A stretch of 45,516 nucleotides of DNA from an uncultured Gammaproteobacteria bacterium (GCA_965231125.1 OZ246414.1:709924-755439), one strand, 5' to 3'; counted from the stretch's first letter, positions 9,234 through 17,547 are shown. The notes: generated by a model from the sequence alone, not told the origin. Program-made: numbers and translations.

Positions 9234-9243
9234 GAAGTTTCAC

Positions 9244-9636
9244 TTATTCTTTGGCCTCTCTTTTTTTCTTCCTCGTCACCCGGCGCTTTGTGACTGACTT
9301 AAGGGCTTCACTAAAATCCTCTGCTCGCAATCTCCCAAGAAGAGTTTTCCGAGACGGAAGCTTACCTTTTCTTACCTTCCGGCTGACCAGGTAACTTCCT
9401 AAGATCATTACAGCCCCAGTCAGAACAATTACCTTCTTACCGTCAAGTTGAGGTCTATCGAAATTCTTGTCCCGATATTTCTCAACTATCTCAGGAAAAT
9501 GTCTAACCGCTTCTTGAGCCATTCGGATGTGCGCCAAACTGTGATGATCGGGAACCTCGCCCTGAGGATTATCGTGAAAGTCGTTTGGATCCTCGTCGGC
9601 AGACCCTACCGAAGTTGGTGGTGGTTGAATTGCCAA
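9244..9636 (-). CDS. hypothetical single-pass membrane protein
   Basis: 130-aa ORF with TTG start preceded by AAGGAGGG, one hydrophobic helix (VIVLTGAVMILGSYLV), a basic tail and its own terminator. Confidence 0.5.
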   Translation of the reverse strand: MAIQPPPTSVGSADEDPNDFHDNPQGEVPDHHSLAHIRMAQEAVRHFPEIVEKYRDKNFDRPQLDGKKVIVLTGAVMILGSYLVSRKVRKGKLPSRKTLLGRLRAEDFSEALKSVTKRRVTRKKKREAKE

Positions 9637-9721
9637 GATCCCTCCTTCTTTACTCTCGCCTTAACGTTTTTGAAAGGCAGTTTTGCTTTAGCATTTTATC
9701 ACATTTTGAAACTCGGTGTTT

Positions 9722-11071
9722 TTAGCCGTGAGCTTTTTCGACTCCGTAGAAACGCCGCTTCTCGCCGACGAAACGAAGGTCAATCTCCCCGAGAGGGCCA
9801 TTGCGGTGCTTGGCAATTGAGAGCTTAACGTTCTCCGTATCATCTTGGTCTTCCCGATACAAAAACATCACCACATCGGCGTCTTGCTCAATTGCCCCGG
9901 ATTCTCGTAGATCTGCAAGTTGCGGAATTTTTTGTTGGCGGGCTTCGACGGCTCGAGAAAGCTGCGAAAGAGCTAGTACTGGAATCCTTAGTTCCCGGGC
10001 CAGATTTTTCAACGCTTGGGAGATTTCCGAAACTTCTTGAACTCTGTTTTCTAAATTGCGTCCCTTAACGAGCTGCAGATAATCCACTATCAAAAGTTTT
10101 AACCCGTGCTCCATCTGCAACCGGCGAGCTTTAGTACGCATTTCCATGATAGAAATTCCGGGAGTGTCATCAATAAAAAGTGGTGCTTCGGCTAGCTCCC
10201 CCATCCCTTCCGAAATCTTTTCGAAATCTTCTTCTTGAAGGTTGCCGGTAGTTATTTTCCAAGCGTCGATATCGGCTGCCGAAGCAAGCATAAGGTCTAC
10301 TAATTGGTCCTTGCTTTGCTCAAGAGAAAAAATACCCACTGGTATTTTGGTTTTACTGGCAATGTTCTGAGCGATGTTAATTGCAAAAGTAGTCTTACCC
10401 ATCGAAGGCCTGGCTGCCAAAATTATTAGGTTGGAATCCTGCATTCCGGAGAGTTTTTTATCAACGTCAGAAAAGCCAGTCGCCACTCCGCGCAAACCTT
10501 GACCTTTTTTGTGCAGCTCGTCCAACCGGTCAAAACTGGCCGCTAAAGCGTCTTTCAAAGCGACAAAATTCTGTTGCAGATTTTCCTGGGAAATACCAAA
10601 GAGTGTTGATTCCGAAAAATCCAGTAATTCCTTAACTTCACTCTCTTCTTTAAAGGCTTGTTCGGTTATTTTGGCCGCGGCGGAAATAAGAAATCTTTTT
10701 ATTGCTCGATCTTTTACTAGCTGAGCGTAATGTTCAACGTGAGCGCTGGTTGGTACACTATTGACCAAAGTGGATAAATAACCAGCGCCGCCCACCATGT
10801 CATATTTATTTGTTCTCTTTAGCTCATCGGTAACCGTGACGACATCGGCTGGTATTCTTTTTTCGTAAAGAGAAAGTATTGCTCGGTAGATTTCGGCGTG
10901 TTGTTCTCGGTAAAAATGTTCTGGGGATAAGTCCTCGGCAACCTTAACTATGGCATCTTTATCAAGAAGCAGCGACCCCAAAACCGATTGTTCCGCCTCC
11001 ACGTTTTGGGGCGGCACTTTTGCGGAAGCTAACTGAACTTCAAATTTTTTGGTATCGGTTTTAGTGGCCAT
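9722..11071 (-). CDS. dnaB: replicative DNA helicase
   Basis: N-terminal PPQNVEAEQSVLGSLL motif, Walker A ARPSMGKTT, and RecA-like C-domain with SGAIEQDAD. Confidence 0.95.
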   Translation of the reverse strand: MATKTDTKKFEVQLASAKVPPQNVEAEQSVLGSLLLDKDAIVKVAEDLSPEHFYREQHAEIYRAILSLYEKRIPADVVTVTDELKRTNKYDMVGGAGYLSTLVNSVPTSAHVEHYAQLVKDRAIKRFLISAAAKITEQAFKEESEVKELLDFSESTLFGISQENLQQNFVALKDALAASFDRLDELHKKGQGLRGVATGFSDVDKKLSGMQDSNLIILAARPSMGKTTFAINIAQNIASKTKIPVGIFSLEQSKDQLVDLMLASAADIDAWKITTGNLQEEDFEKISEGMGELAEAPLFIDDTPGISIMEMRTKARRLQMEHGLKLLIVDYLQLVKGRNLENRVQEVSEISQALKNLARELRIPVLALSQLSRAVEARQQKIPQLADLRESGAIEQDADVVMFLYREDQDDTENVKLSIAKHRNGPLGEIDLRFVGEKRRFYGVEKAHG

Positions 11072-11072
11072 T

Positions 11073-11711
11073 TTATCCTTTCGAGAGTAGTACTGTTTGC
11101 GCCTCTTCGGGCAGCTTATCTTTTGTTAAGACCAGTTTAGGTAAAGGTTCGATATTTTCTTTACCCATCTCTTTCAAAAACTTTTCAACTCCCTCTAGAT
11201 TGACTTTAGCGTCTTTGTCAAAATAATGCATCGGAATAATTACGCGAGGTTCAAGAGAGGCGACAATTTTCGCCGCCACCGCCCCGTCAATGGTGTAAAC
11301 CCCGCCAACGGGAACCATGAGAACATCAACGTTGCCGAGCGCCTCAATTTGCTCGTTAGTTAGCTCATCCTGACCTAAATCCCCAAGATGGGCGATGTTC
11401 ACGCCATCCACTTTTAAATTGTAGATAGTGTTTTTCCCCCGCAACGCTCCTCTTTTATTATCATGAAATGTGGCCACGCCCACAACATTGATTCCCTTTA
11501 CTTCATACTCACCTGGTCCCGAAATTATAAAAGGGGCGCCCCCTATTTCACTCGCGGCATTATGGTCATAATGATCATGAGTGACCGCTACAATGTCGGC
11601 CTCAGTCTTGGGAAGCTTTAAACCGAGCTGCGGGTCGTAAGGGTCGATTACCACGCTCGCAGTTTTTCCTTTTATTTTAAAACAGGCTTGTCCTAACCAA
11701 TTAATGTCCAT
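11073..11711 (-). CDS. MBL-fold metallo-hydrolase
   Basis: Contains the HxHxDH motif as VTHDHYDH. Length is 212 aa and it lies immediately upstream of dnaB. Confidence 0.82.
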   Translation of the reverse strand: MDINWLGQACFKIKGKTASVVIDPYDPQLGLKLPKTEADIVAVTHDHYDHNAASEIGGAPFIISGPGEYEVKGINVVGVATFHDNKRGALRGKNTIYNLKVDGVNIAHLGDLGQDELTNEQIEALGNVDVLMVPVGGVYTIDGAVAAKIVASLEPRVIIPMHYFDKDAKVNLEGVEKFLKEMGKENIEPLPKLVLTKDKLPEEAQTVLLSKG

Positions 11712-11721
11712 CAGTCACAAA

Positions 11722-11730
11722 ATATTAGCA
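11722..11730 (-). promoter_or_regulatory. extended -10 promoter (TGcTAATAT) of the MBL-dnaB operon
   Basis: The -10 box TAATAT is at 11722-11727 on the minus strand with TG at 11729-11730. It lies 10 nt from the ATG at 11711. Confidence 0.45.
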
Positions 11731-11790
11731 TATTATTTCTAGCGAGAAAACCCCTAGCTTTAGCTTGGTGATGATAGATGAATCTAGCTA

Positions 11791-11836
11791 GAAAGACGGA
11801 CACCCTGGTCTTTACCAGGGAGGACGTCATTTTTCA
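11791..11836 (+). terminator. orphan terminator-like hairpin module
   Basis: CCCTGGT-CTTT-ACCAGGG stem (11803-11820) is flanked by GACG/CGTC pairing and followed by ATTTTTC. It shares a 15-mer with the 1926-1980 hairpin. Confidence 0.45.
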
Positions 11837-11837
11837 C

Positions 11838-11867
11838 TTGACAATTACTGTAACAACCTCTTAATAT
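11838..11867 (+). promoter_or_regulatory. sigma70-like promoter TTGACA-18-TAATAT
   Basis: -35 at 11838-11843 and -10 at 11862-11867, upstream of the ATG at 11887. Confidence 0.6.
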
Positions 11868-11886
11868 CATAAGTACTTAATTTAAG

Positions 11887-12336
11887 ATGGACCCTTATCA
11901 AACTACCACCGGCCCGAATAGATTCATCATATTTCTCCTTGGACTTTTGTTCGGAGTAGCGGCTACCGCCGCCTTTCTTTATCTCAAACCTAGGTATTTT
12001 AATCCAAAGGGACAAGAAACTTCACAAACTGGGCAGTTCCAAGTAACTCCTGTAAAAACTCTTGCTTTGTCTATTACTAATCCAAACGACGGTGATACGA
12101 CTTCTGCCGCCACTATTAAAATCGCGGGCTCCACGGGTACACCTAGTATTGTGGTAATTAATGGCGGCAAGGACGATATGATTATCGACGCTAGCAGCAC
12201 TTCTTTCAGTGTGAACTACAAACTCACACTGGGCGAAAACCAAATAAACGTAACTGTCTACGACCCTAAGAGCGGCGATTCAAAAACAGACAGTCGCAAT
12301 ATTCTTTATATTAATACGCCACTACCAAGTTTATGA
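11887..12336 (+). CDS. hypothetical membrane-anchored extracytoplasmic protein
   Basis: N-terminal TM helix FIIFLLGLLFGVAATAAFLYL followed by a beta-rich Ig-like region. ATGA stop/start overlap with the next gene. Confidence 0.6.
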   Translation: MDPYQTTTGPNRFIIFLLGLLFGVAATAAFLYLKPRYFNPKGQETSQTGQFQVTPVKTLALSITNPNDGDTTSAATIKIAGSTGTPSIVVINGGKDDMIIDASSTSFSVNYKLTLGENQINVTVYDPKSGDSKTDSRNILYINTPLPSL

Positions 12337-13133
12337 GAAAAATAGTCGCAGCTTTATTGATAATAGTTTCACTTACGAGTCTAGTCGGCGTTACCTATGC
12401 AGTGGGCGGAAACGCCACAAATTCTGCTGGCCCACGAAGCGAAGTCGCGCAGCGTGCTCGCCAAAGATTACAACAACTCATGGACAGCAGGGCCACGGCG
12501 TCGGCTTCTATCTCGGCCAGATCCGGAATCTCAAAAGCTCTGAGTGCAATCGAAAGAATTAGAAGAAGGGCTCATGTTTTCGGGGTAGTCACCGCTATAT
12601 CCGGAAATAATCTAACTATCCAAACCTTGGGTGGGGAAATTAAAACTGTATTTACTGACGAAAATACAAAGTTTTTCCAAGTCGGAAAAGGCGGGAAAAA
12701 GAAAATCACTTTGGACGACTTAAAGATAGGCGACAAAATTGCGGCCGTCGGTATTGTAAACGATGAAGATTCCGGAACAGCCTTTTTAATTGTTAAATTC
12801 AACCGACCGATGGTCCGCCGCCACGCTGTTTTTGGCCAGGTCACAAAAGCCAGCGACAACGAACTAACTGTTAGCCACATAATTCACAAGAATCGACCGA
12901 CAACCACAATTAAAGTTACGAGCAACACGGTGATACAAATTAAAGGAGATGCCTCCTCCACTTTCGCCGATATAAAAGTTGGTGACATTGTGGTTGCTTC
13001 AGGAACAGTTGATAGCCAAGGAGTAATCACCGCAAAGGTCGTCTTTGTAATTCCTGGCAAATTCTTAGGAATCAAACCGAAAGAAGCAACCGGCTCCGCA
13101 ACCCACTCAGCTACTACATCAGCCGCTCCATAA
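12333..13133 (+). CDS. secreted protein with repeated small beta-barrel modules (DUF5666-like)
   Basis: Signal peptide MRKIVAALLIIVSLTSLVGVTYA. Repeats of the type VFGVVTAISGNNLTIQT, VFGQVTKASDNELTV and VASGTVDSQGVITAKVV are present. Confidence 0.6.
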   Translation: MRKIVAALLIIVSLTSLVGVTYAVGGNATNSAGPRSEVAQRARQRLQQLMDSRATASASISARSGISKALSAIERIRRRAHVFGVVTAISGNNLTIQTLGGEIKTVFTDENTKFFQVGKGGKKKITLDDLKIGDKIAAVGIVNDEDSGTAFLIVKFNRPMVRRHAVFGQVTKASDNELTVSHIIHKNRPTTTIKVTSNTVIQIKGDASSTFADIKVGDIVVASGTVDSQGVITAKVVFVIPGKFLGIKPKEATGSATHSATTSAAP

Positions 13134-13139
13134 AAAGAG

Positions 13140-13175
13140 AACCGGAGCCTTGACATGCTTGTCAAAACCCCGGTT
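13140..13175. terminator. hairpin between convergent genes (bidirectional terminator candidate)
   Basis: AACCGG...CCGGTT pairing encloses TTGACA-TGCT-TGTCAA. There is an A-run on the left, which is a T-run on the minus strand. Confidence 0.5.
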
Positions 13176-13186
13176 AATTAAGTGCC

Positions 13187-13402
13187 TTACCTTTTCTTCC
13201 TTCTCCCCTGGGATGCCTTCCTCTGCAGGTAGTAACGGCGAACCGCAGCTACTCGCTGAGGGCTTACATTCATTCGACGGTGGGCGGTTTTCACAGCCTT
13301 GATGATGCTTGAGGTGTTCCTTTCCCCCAAGTCTAAGACTGTGGTGATTGCCTCCCTTTCTTTTCTTTCTCTGTTTTTTTCAGCAGAGTCTCGACCTGCC
13401 AT
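13187..13402 (-). CDS. small highly basic hypothetical protein
   Basis: 71-aa ORF with ATG and a purine-rich SD-like AAAGGGGA upstream. It is GC-richer than its surroundings and divergent from the sigma factor gene. Confidence 0.4.
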   Translation of the reverse strand: MAGRDSAEKNRERKEREAITTVLDLGERNTSSIIKAVKTAHRRMNVSPQRVAAVRRYYLQRKASQGRRKKR

Positions 13403-13573
13403 GTGTTATCCCCTTTCATTTGGATTGAACCCCCTTGTTTTCCTCTACTTCCTCGGCATGAACAACCTCCTTATGTAAGTGAACGTATGTATACCATTTA
13501 AATTCAGAAAAGTCAACCTATAGAAGAACATTCTCGGTCGCCTATTAATTATTGGCTAAGACGTGAAGAAATG

Positions 13574-13602
13574 TTGCCAAGCAACCAACTAAGTATTATA
13601 AT
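13574..13602 (+). promoter_or_regulatory. near-consensus sigma70 promoter TTGCCA-17-TATAAT
   Basis: -35 at 13574-13579 and -10 at 13597-13602, about 60 nt upstream of the sigma factor ATG. Confidence 0.65.
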
Positions 13603-13661
13603 AGGCGGGGCAAAAGCTTGCGTCCTGAAACTAAAGCAAAACTCTAACATGGAGGTGAGAG

Positions 13662-14549
13662 ATGGTAAGAACAAACGGTGACACTACCGTTTTAGCAGAG
13701 GGAGTAGAGTTTGATAAAGAACTGGTCGCCCGTTTTCAAAACGGAGATGAGGCTGCCCTTGAGACACTCATCGAGCGGCTAACGCCTCTAGTAAGGTTCG
13801 TTCTCAACCGCACCTACAGTGCGTTGGGCAGTCAAGTAAAGCATGGGTTAGACTACGAAGATCTACTTTCCGAAGGAATGTCGGGTCTAATTTACGCCAC
13901 CAGAAGGTACGACGCTAGGAGGGGTTCTAAATTCTCTACTTACGCTGTACCAAGAATCCGCGGGGCAATATTGGACGCACTAAGAAGTAGTCACCCTCTA
14001 CCGCGTGCCTTACAAAAGTTGTCGAGGGTAATTGACCAAGCGGTTGTTGGCTTTATAACCGAGCAAGGACGGCAGCCAAACGAAAACGAAATCGCCGAAA
14101 GTCTAGGTGTCGACACACGCAGGTTATTGGAAGACCAACAAGTCATTGGGCGTGCCAATGTTGTTTCGCTCACCGAAGTCGCCCGATGGAACTTCGGTTC
14201 CGACTTCGACAACTTAGCTAAAACGGCTGATGAAGACCCGGCGATTAACCCGGAAAAAGCCGCGTTAGGTAACGAGATGCGGCAACTACTATACAAAGCA
14301 GTACGGCAACTGCCAGATAGAGAACAAACGGTGATTAGACTGTACTATGGTCCACTAAGCTTACCTCTACATGAGATCGGTAAGCACCTGGGCATTTCCG
14401 AATCGCGAGCTTCTCAACTAAGGATTCGAGCTGTGAGAAGGCTACGCAGTCTACTAACCAAACAGTCAGACGATGGAACATCTGCCAACCATCGAGACAG
14501 AAGAAACGGGAGGTCAAGTTTTGCACATGAAGCCACCAAATCACCCTAG
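13662..14549 (+). CDS. alternative RNA polymerase sigma factor, sigma-70 family group 3 (FliA/SigB-like)
   Basis: Region 2 (DLLSEGMSGLIYATRRYD, FSTYAVPRIRGAI), region 3, and a region 4 HTH (LSLPLHEIGKHLGISESRASQLRIRAVRRLR). GGAGG SD is present. Confidence 0.85.
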   Translation: MVRTNGDTTVLAEGVEFDKELVARFQNGDEAALETLIERLTPLVRFVLNRTYSALGSQVKHGLDYEDLLSEGMSGLIYATRRYDARRGSKFSTYAVPRIRGAILDALRSSHPLPRALQKLSRVIDQAVVGFITEQGRQPNENEIAESLGVDTRRLLEDQQVIGRANVVSLTEVARWNFGSDFDNLAKTADEDPAINPEKAALGNEMRQLLYKAVRQLPDREQTVIRLYYGPLSLPLHEIGKHLGISESRASQLRIRAVRRLRSLLTKQSDDGTSANHRDRRNGRSSFAHEATKSP

Positions 14550-14570
14550 TGTTTGGTGGCTCTCTTTTTC
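14532..14570 (+). terminator. rho-independent terminator of the sigma factor gene
   Basis: GCCACCAAA/TTTGGTGGC 9-bp stem overlapping the stop codon, followed by TCTCTTTTTC. Confidence 0.75.
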
Positions 14571-14578
14571 ATTGTTAA

Positions 14579-14607
14579 TTCAATTTTCTAAATTCCCATG
14601 GTATAAT
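14579..14607 (+). promoter_or_regulatory. extended -10 promoter (TGgTATAAT) of hisS
   Basis: -10 TATAAT at 14602-14607 with TG at 14599-14600 and a weak -35 TTCAAT. It lies 11 nt from the ATG at 14619. Confidence 0.55.
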
Positions 14608-14618
14608 GGGTTTGCGTT

Positions 14619-15836
14619 ATGGCAAAAATTGAAGTACAGACTCCAAAAGGTTTTCGGGATTTTTTACCGGCGGATGCGTCCGTTCGCTTCCTCGTGCTTG
14701 AAAAACTAAAAAAAACTCTCGAAAAATTCGGGTTTGAACCCCTTGAAACTCCAGCTATAGAATATGCCGAAACTTTAAAAGGAAAATACGGTGAGGAAGA
14801 AAAACTTATCTACGAGTTTGCTGACCGCGGCGGCCGGCAAGTGGCGCTCCGATACGATCTAACTGTTCCGCTGACGCGAGTTGTCGCGACCTACAAAGAT
14901 TTACCCAAACCCTTTAAAAGATATCAGTTCCAAAGTGTTTGGCGAGCGGAAAATCCACAACGCGGCCGCTTTCGAGAATTCCTGCAAATAGATTTTGATA
15001 CAGCTAGCGCAGATTCATTACTGGCGGACGCGGAAATAATTGCTTGCGCTTTAGAATGTGTAAAAAGCCTAGGGTTCAAAAACTTCAATATGAAAGTAAA
15101 TGATCGCTCGGTCTTCAAAGAACTTCCTCAAACTGCTGTCTCCGCAATTGATAAACTTAAGAAAATTGGTGAGGATGGTGTATTTGTTGAACTACAAAAT
15201 AAGGGGTTTGCACCTGGCGAGGCCAGAAGAATTTTAGACAAAATCAAATTGAACGCCCCTACTCCACTGATTGATGAGCTGTTTAAAAATTTAGAAAGTC
15301 TAGGAGTTTCTAAAGACTCTTACGCGTTTGACCCTTCCCTCGCTCGAGGGTTAGATTATTACACCGGCGCTATTTTTGAACTCGAAATTGAAGGTTACAC
15401 TGCTGGCAGTGTTGGTGGTGGTGGCCGGTACGATAATTTAATCGGTATTTTTGCTGAGGAAAAAACCCCGGCAGTCGGTTTTTCTTTTGGTTTTGACCGG
15501 CTGGTAGAAGCAGCTAACGAGGCAAACCTGCTGCCAAAATATTCTCCAGCCACAAAAGTATTGGTAACCATATTTAATGAGGAAAGACTCAAAGAGAGTT
15601 TAAACTTAACATCAACTCTACGCGGCTCGGGAATAAACGCCGAGGTTTATTTGGACAAAGAAGCAAAACTAGATAAACAAATTAAATACGCCGACAACAA
15701 AAAAATTCCGTTTGTTGCAATTTTAGGCCCGGAAGAAATTGAAAAGAAAGTTATCACTTTAAAAGACCTCTCAACTGGCGAGCAACGGCAGCTACGTGAA
15801 TCCGAACTAGTTAAGCTTTTAGTTAATCCTTCGTAA
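14619..15836 (+). CDS. hisS: histidine--tRNA ligase
   Basis: Class II motifs, with RYDLTVP, FREFLQIDFD and GGGRYDNL. Confidence 0.95.
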   Translation: MAKIEVQTPKGFRDFLPADASVRFLVLEKLKKTLEKFGFEPLETPAIEYAETLKGKYGEEEKLIYEFADRGGRQVALRYDLTVPLTRVVATYKDLPKPFKRYQFQSVWRAENPQRGRFREFLQIDFDTASADSLLADAEIIACALECVKSLGFKNFNMKVNDRSVFKELPQTAVSAIDKLKKIGEDGVFVELQNKGFAPGEARRILDKIKLNAPTPLIDELFKNLESLGVSKDSYAFDPSLARGLDYYTGAIFELEIEGYTAGSVGGGGRYDNLIGIFAEEKTPAVGFSFGFDRLVEAANEANLLPKYSPATKVLVTIFNEERLKESLNLTSTLRGSGINAEVYLDKEAKLDKQIKYADNKKIPFVAILGPEEIEKKVITLKDLSTGEQRQLRESELVKLLVNPS

Positions 15837-15936
15837 GCTGGTTCTTTGTTGCACTTTATTTACCCCAACCTTACAATTTTTATGACGGGGAGAAGGAGTT
15901 AGGAATCTGCTCTACTCCAGTCTGGAAAGGCGAATC

Positions 15937-16143
15937 TTGCGCTGGATATTTGCGGCTAGTTACTCAGAAGCAGAAGCGACGGAGCGTGTAAAAGCGCAAA
16001 TTGACATAGCAGTCGAAAAGCTCGGAGGAAATTTGTGCTTATTGCCAAGCCCAGAAAATATTTCTGAAGAGGAAGAGCTTTCTTGGCATCTGGCCACTTT
16101 GTTGCAGCTTCTGACTGAAATTCAAACTGAGGAAAAATTCTAG
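15937..16143 (+). CDS. possible small acidic helical protein (weak call)
   Basis: 68-aa ORF with a TTG start only. A strong terminator lies about 60 nt downstream, and an overlapping antisense ORF is equally long. Confidence 0.25.
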   Translation: MRWIFAASYSEAEATERVKAQIDIAVEKLGGNLCLLPSPENISEEEELSWHLATLLQLLTEIQTEEKF

Positions 16144-16201
16144 CTTCTGCACAATATCTGTCGCAGATTCGTCTATTCCGAAACCGGGGTGGGAAATAGC
16201 C

Positions 16202-16237
16202 GGGCGCTGACAATATTTGTTGGCGCCCTTATTCTTT
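16202..16237 (+). terminator. rho-independent terminator
   Basis: GGGCGC..ACAA-TAT-TTGT..GCGCCC stem followed by TTATTCTTT. Confidence 0.7.
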
Positions 16238-16263
16238 ACTTAACTTGAATTATTTGCTATACT
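16235..16263 (+). promoter_or_regulatory. promoter TTTACT-17-TATACT of rpmE
   Basis: -35 at 16235-16240 and -10 at 16258-16263, 9 nt from the ATG at 16273. Confidence 0.55.
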
Positions 16264-16272
16264 TGCCCCGTT

Positions 16273-16569
16273 ATGAAAGAAGGAATTCATCCTACATATT
16301 TTCCAGAAGCCAAGGTAACGTGCTCTAACTGCGGCAACGCTTTTACAGTCGGCTCAACGAAGCCGGAAATTCACGTGGAAGTTTGTAGCAATTGCCACCC
16401 GTTTTATACTGGAGAAGCAAAATTTGTCGATACTGAAGGCCGGGTTGAGCGTTTTGAAAGAATCGAAAAAGCCAAGCAAGAACCAAAGCAAAAGAAAGAG
16501 CAAGAGAAAAAGCCGGTTCGTCCCCAAACTCTCAAAGAAATGCTCCAAGTTATCCAAGACAAACAATAA
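16273..16569 (+). CDS. rpmE: 50S ribosomal protein L31 (Zn-binding form)
   Basis: Starts MKEGIHPTY and has CSNCGN...[10 protein letters not shown] zinc-binding motifs, with a Lys/Glu-rich C-terminal extension. Confidence 0.95.
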   Translation: MKEGIHPTYFPEAKVTCSNCGNAFTVGSTKPEIHVEVCSNCHPFYTGEAKFVDTEGRVERFERIEKAKQEPKQKKEQEKKPVRPQTLKEMLQVIQDKQ

Positions 16570-16594
16570 AAGAAGTTATTTAACTTCTCGACAA

Positions 16595-16614
16595 CCTGCC
16601 TGCCGGCAGGCAGG
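16595..16614. repeat. perfect 20-nt GC-rich palindrome CCTGCCTGCCGGCAGGCAGG
   Basis: Read directly from the sequence. It lies between rpmE and prfA and is preceded by a second palindrome, AGAAGTTA-TT-TAACTTCT (16571-16588). Confidence 0.9.
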
Positions 16615-16629
16615 GCTCGAAGTATATTG

Positions 16630-17547
16630 ATGGAATATCTCAAAAATCAGATCGAAGAACTAGATAGAAAAATTGCGGAAGCCAAAAAGCTTTTGGAAGA
16701 CCCAGCTCTCGCCTCTTTAGCGCAAGAAGAGATAGACAAACTTGAGGAAGAAAAAAAATCTCTTCAAGAGACTATCGAAGGAAATAAAGTACAGGAAGCT
16801 GGACAGCTGGACACCCACAACGTTCTAGTTGAAATCCGGGCCGCCGCCGGTGGCGACGAGGCCGGTTTATTCGCGGCCGATCTTTCCCGAATGTACGCCC
16901 GGTTTGCCGAAAGACAAGGTTGGATTGTGGAACAAATTTCTGCAAGTGGCGGCGGAATCGGTAACATTAAAGAGGCTGTCTTTAGAATTTCCGGGCAGGG
17001 CGCGTACGGCATGCTTAAATATGAATCCGGCGTCCACCGAGTGCAAAGAGTACCGACCACGGAATCCTCGGGCAGAATTCACACTTCCACGGCCACTGTC
17101 GCCGTGTTGCCAGAACTTGAGGATAAAGAATTTCATTTGGACTCCACCGAAATTAAAGTCGACACTTTCCGCGCTTCCGGCCACGGCGGGCAAAATGTCC
17201 AAAAAGTAGAAAGTGCGGTGCGGCTCACCCACACCCCTACTGGCATTGTCGCGACTTGTCAATCGGAAAGAAGCCAATTTCAAAATAAAGAACGGGCGCT
17301 CGCAATACTGCGCGCCAGAGTCTACGAACATGAAGAATCTCAAAAAAGAGAAAGTGTCGATACTAACCGCAAACTCCAAGTGGGCACTGGCGACCGATCT
17401 GAAAAAATCCGCACTTATAATTTTCCGCAGGATAGAATAACCGATCACCGTATCGGCAAATCCTGGCACAACATTGAAAATATTTTAGACGGTGATTTGG
17501 CTAATGTAATATCAGATTTACAATCCACCGACCAAACTCCAAGCTAA
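16630..17547 (+). CDS. prfA: peptide chain release factor 1 (short form)
   Basis: GGQ motif ([17 protein letters not shown]) and RF1-type PxT tripeptide (RVPTTES). ATG at 16630, one codon after the ORF-track TTG. Confidence 0.9.
   Translation: MEYLKNQIEELDRKIAEAKKLLEDPALASLAQEEIDKLEEEKKSLQETIEGNKVQEAGQLDTHNVLVEIRAAAGGDEAGLFAADLSRMYARFAERQGWIVEQISASGGGIGNIKEAVFRISGQGAYGMLKYESGVHRVQRVPTTESSGRIHTSTATVAVLPELEDKEFHLDSTEIKVDTFRASGHGGQNVQKVESAVRLTHTPTGIVATCQSERSQFQNKERALAILRARVYEHEESQKRESVDTNRKLQVGTGDRSEKIRTYNFPQDRITDHRIGKSWHNIENILDGDLANVISDLQSTDQTPS

Noticed and set aside
9037-9243. 68-aa ORF in the tRNA-Leu upstream spacer
   Set aside because: It has no SD and spans a terminator hairpin and other palindromes. 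Its sequence is low-complexity, so it is more likely non-coding.
16867-17469. 200-aa ORF antisense to prfA, together with 16764-17060 and 16829-17209
   Set aside because: They lie entirely inside the well-supported RF1 gene and have no motifs. They are a typical shadow ORF of a GC-moderate gene.
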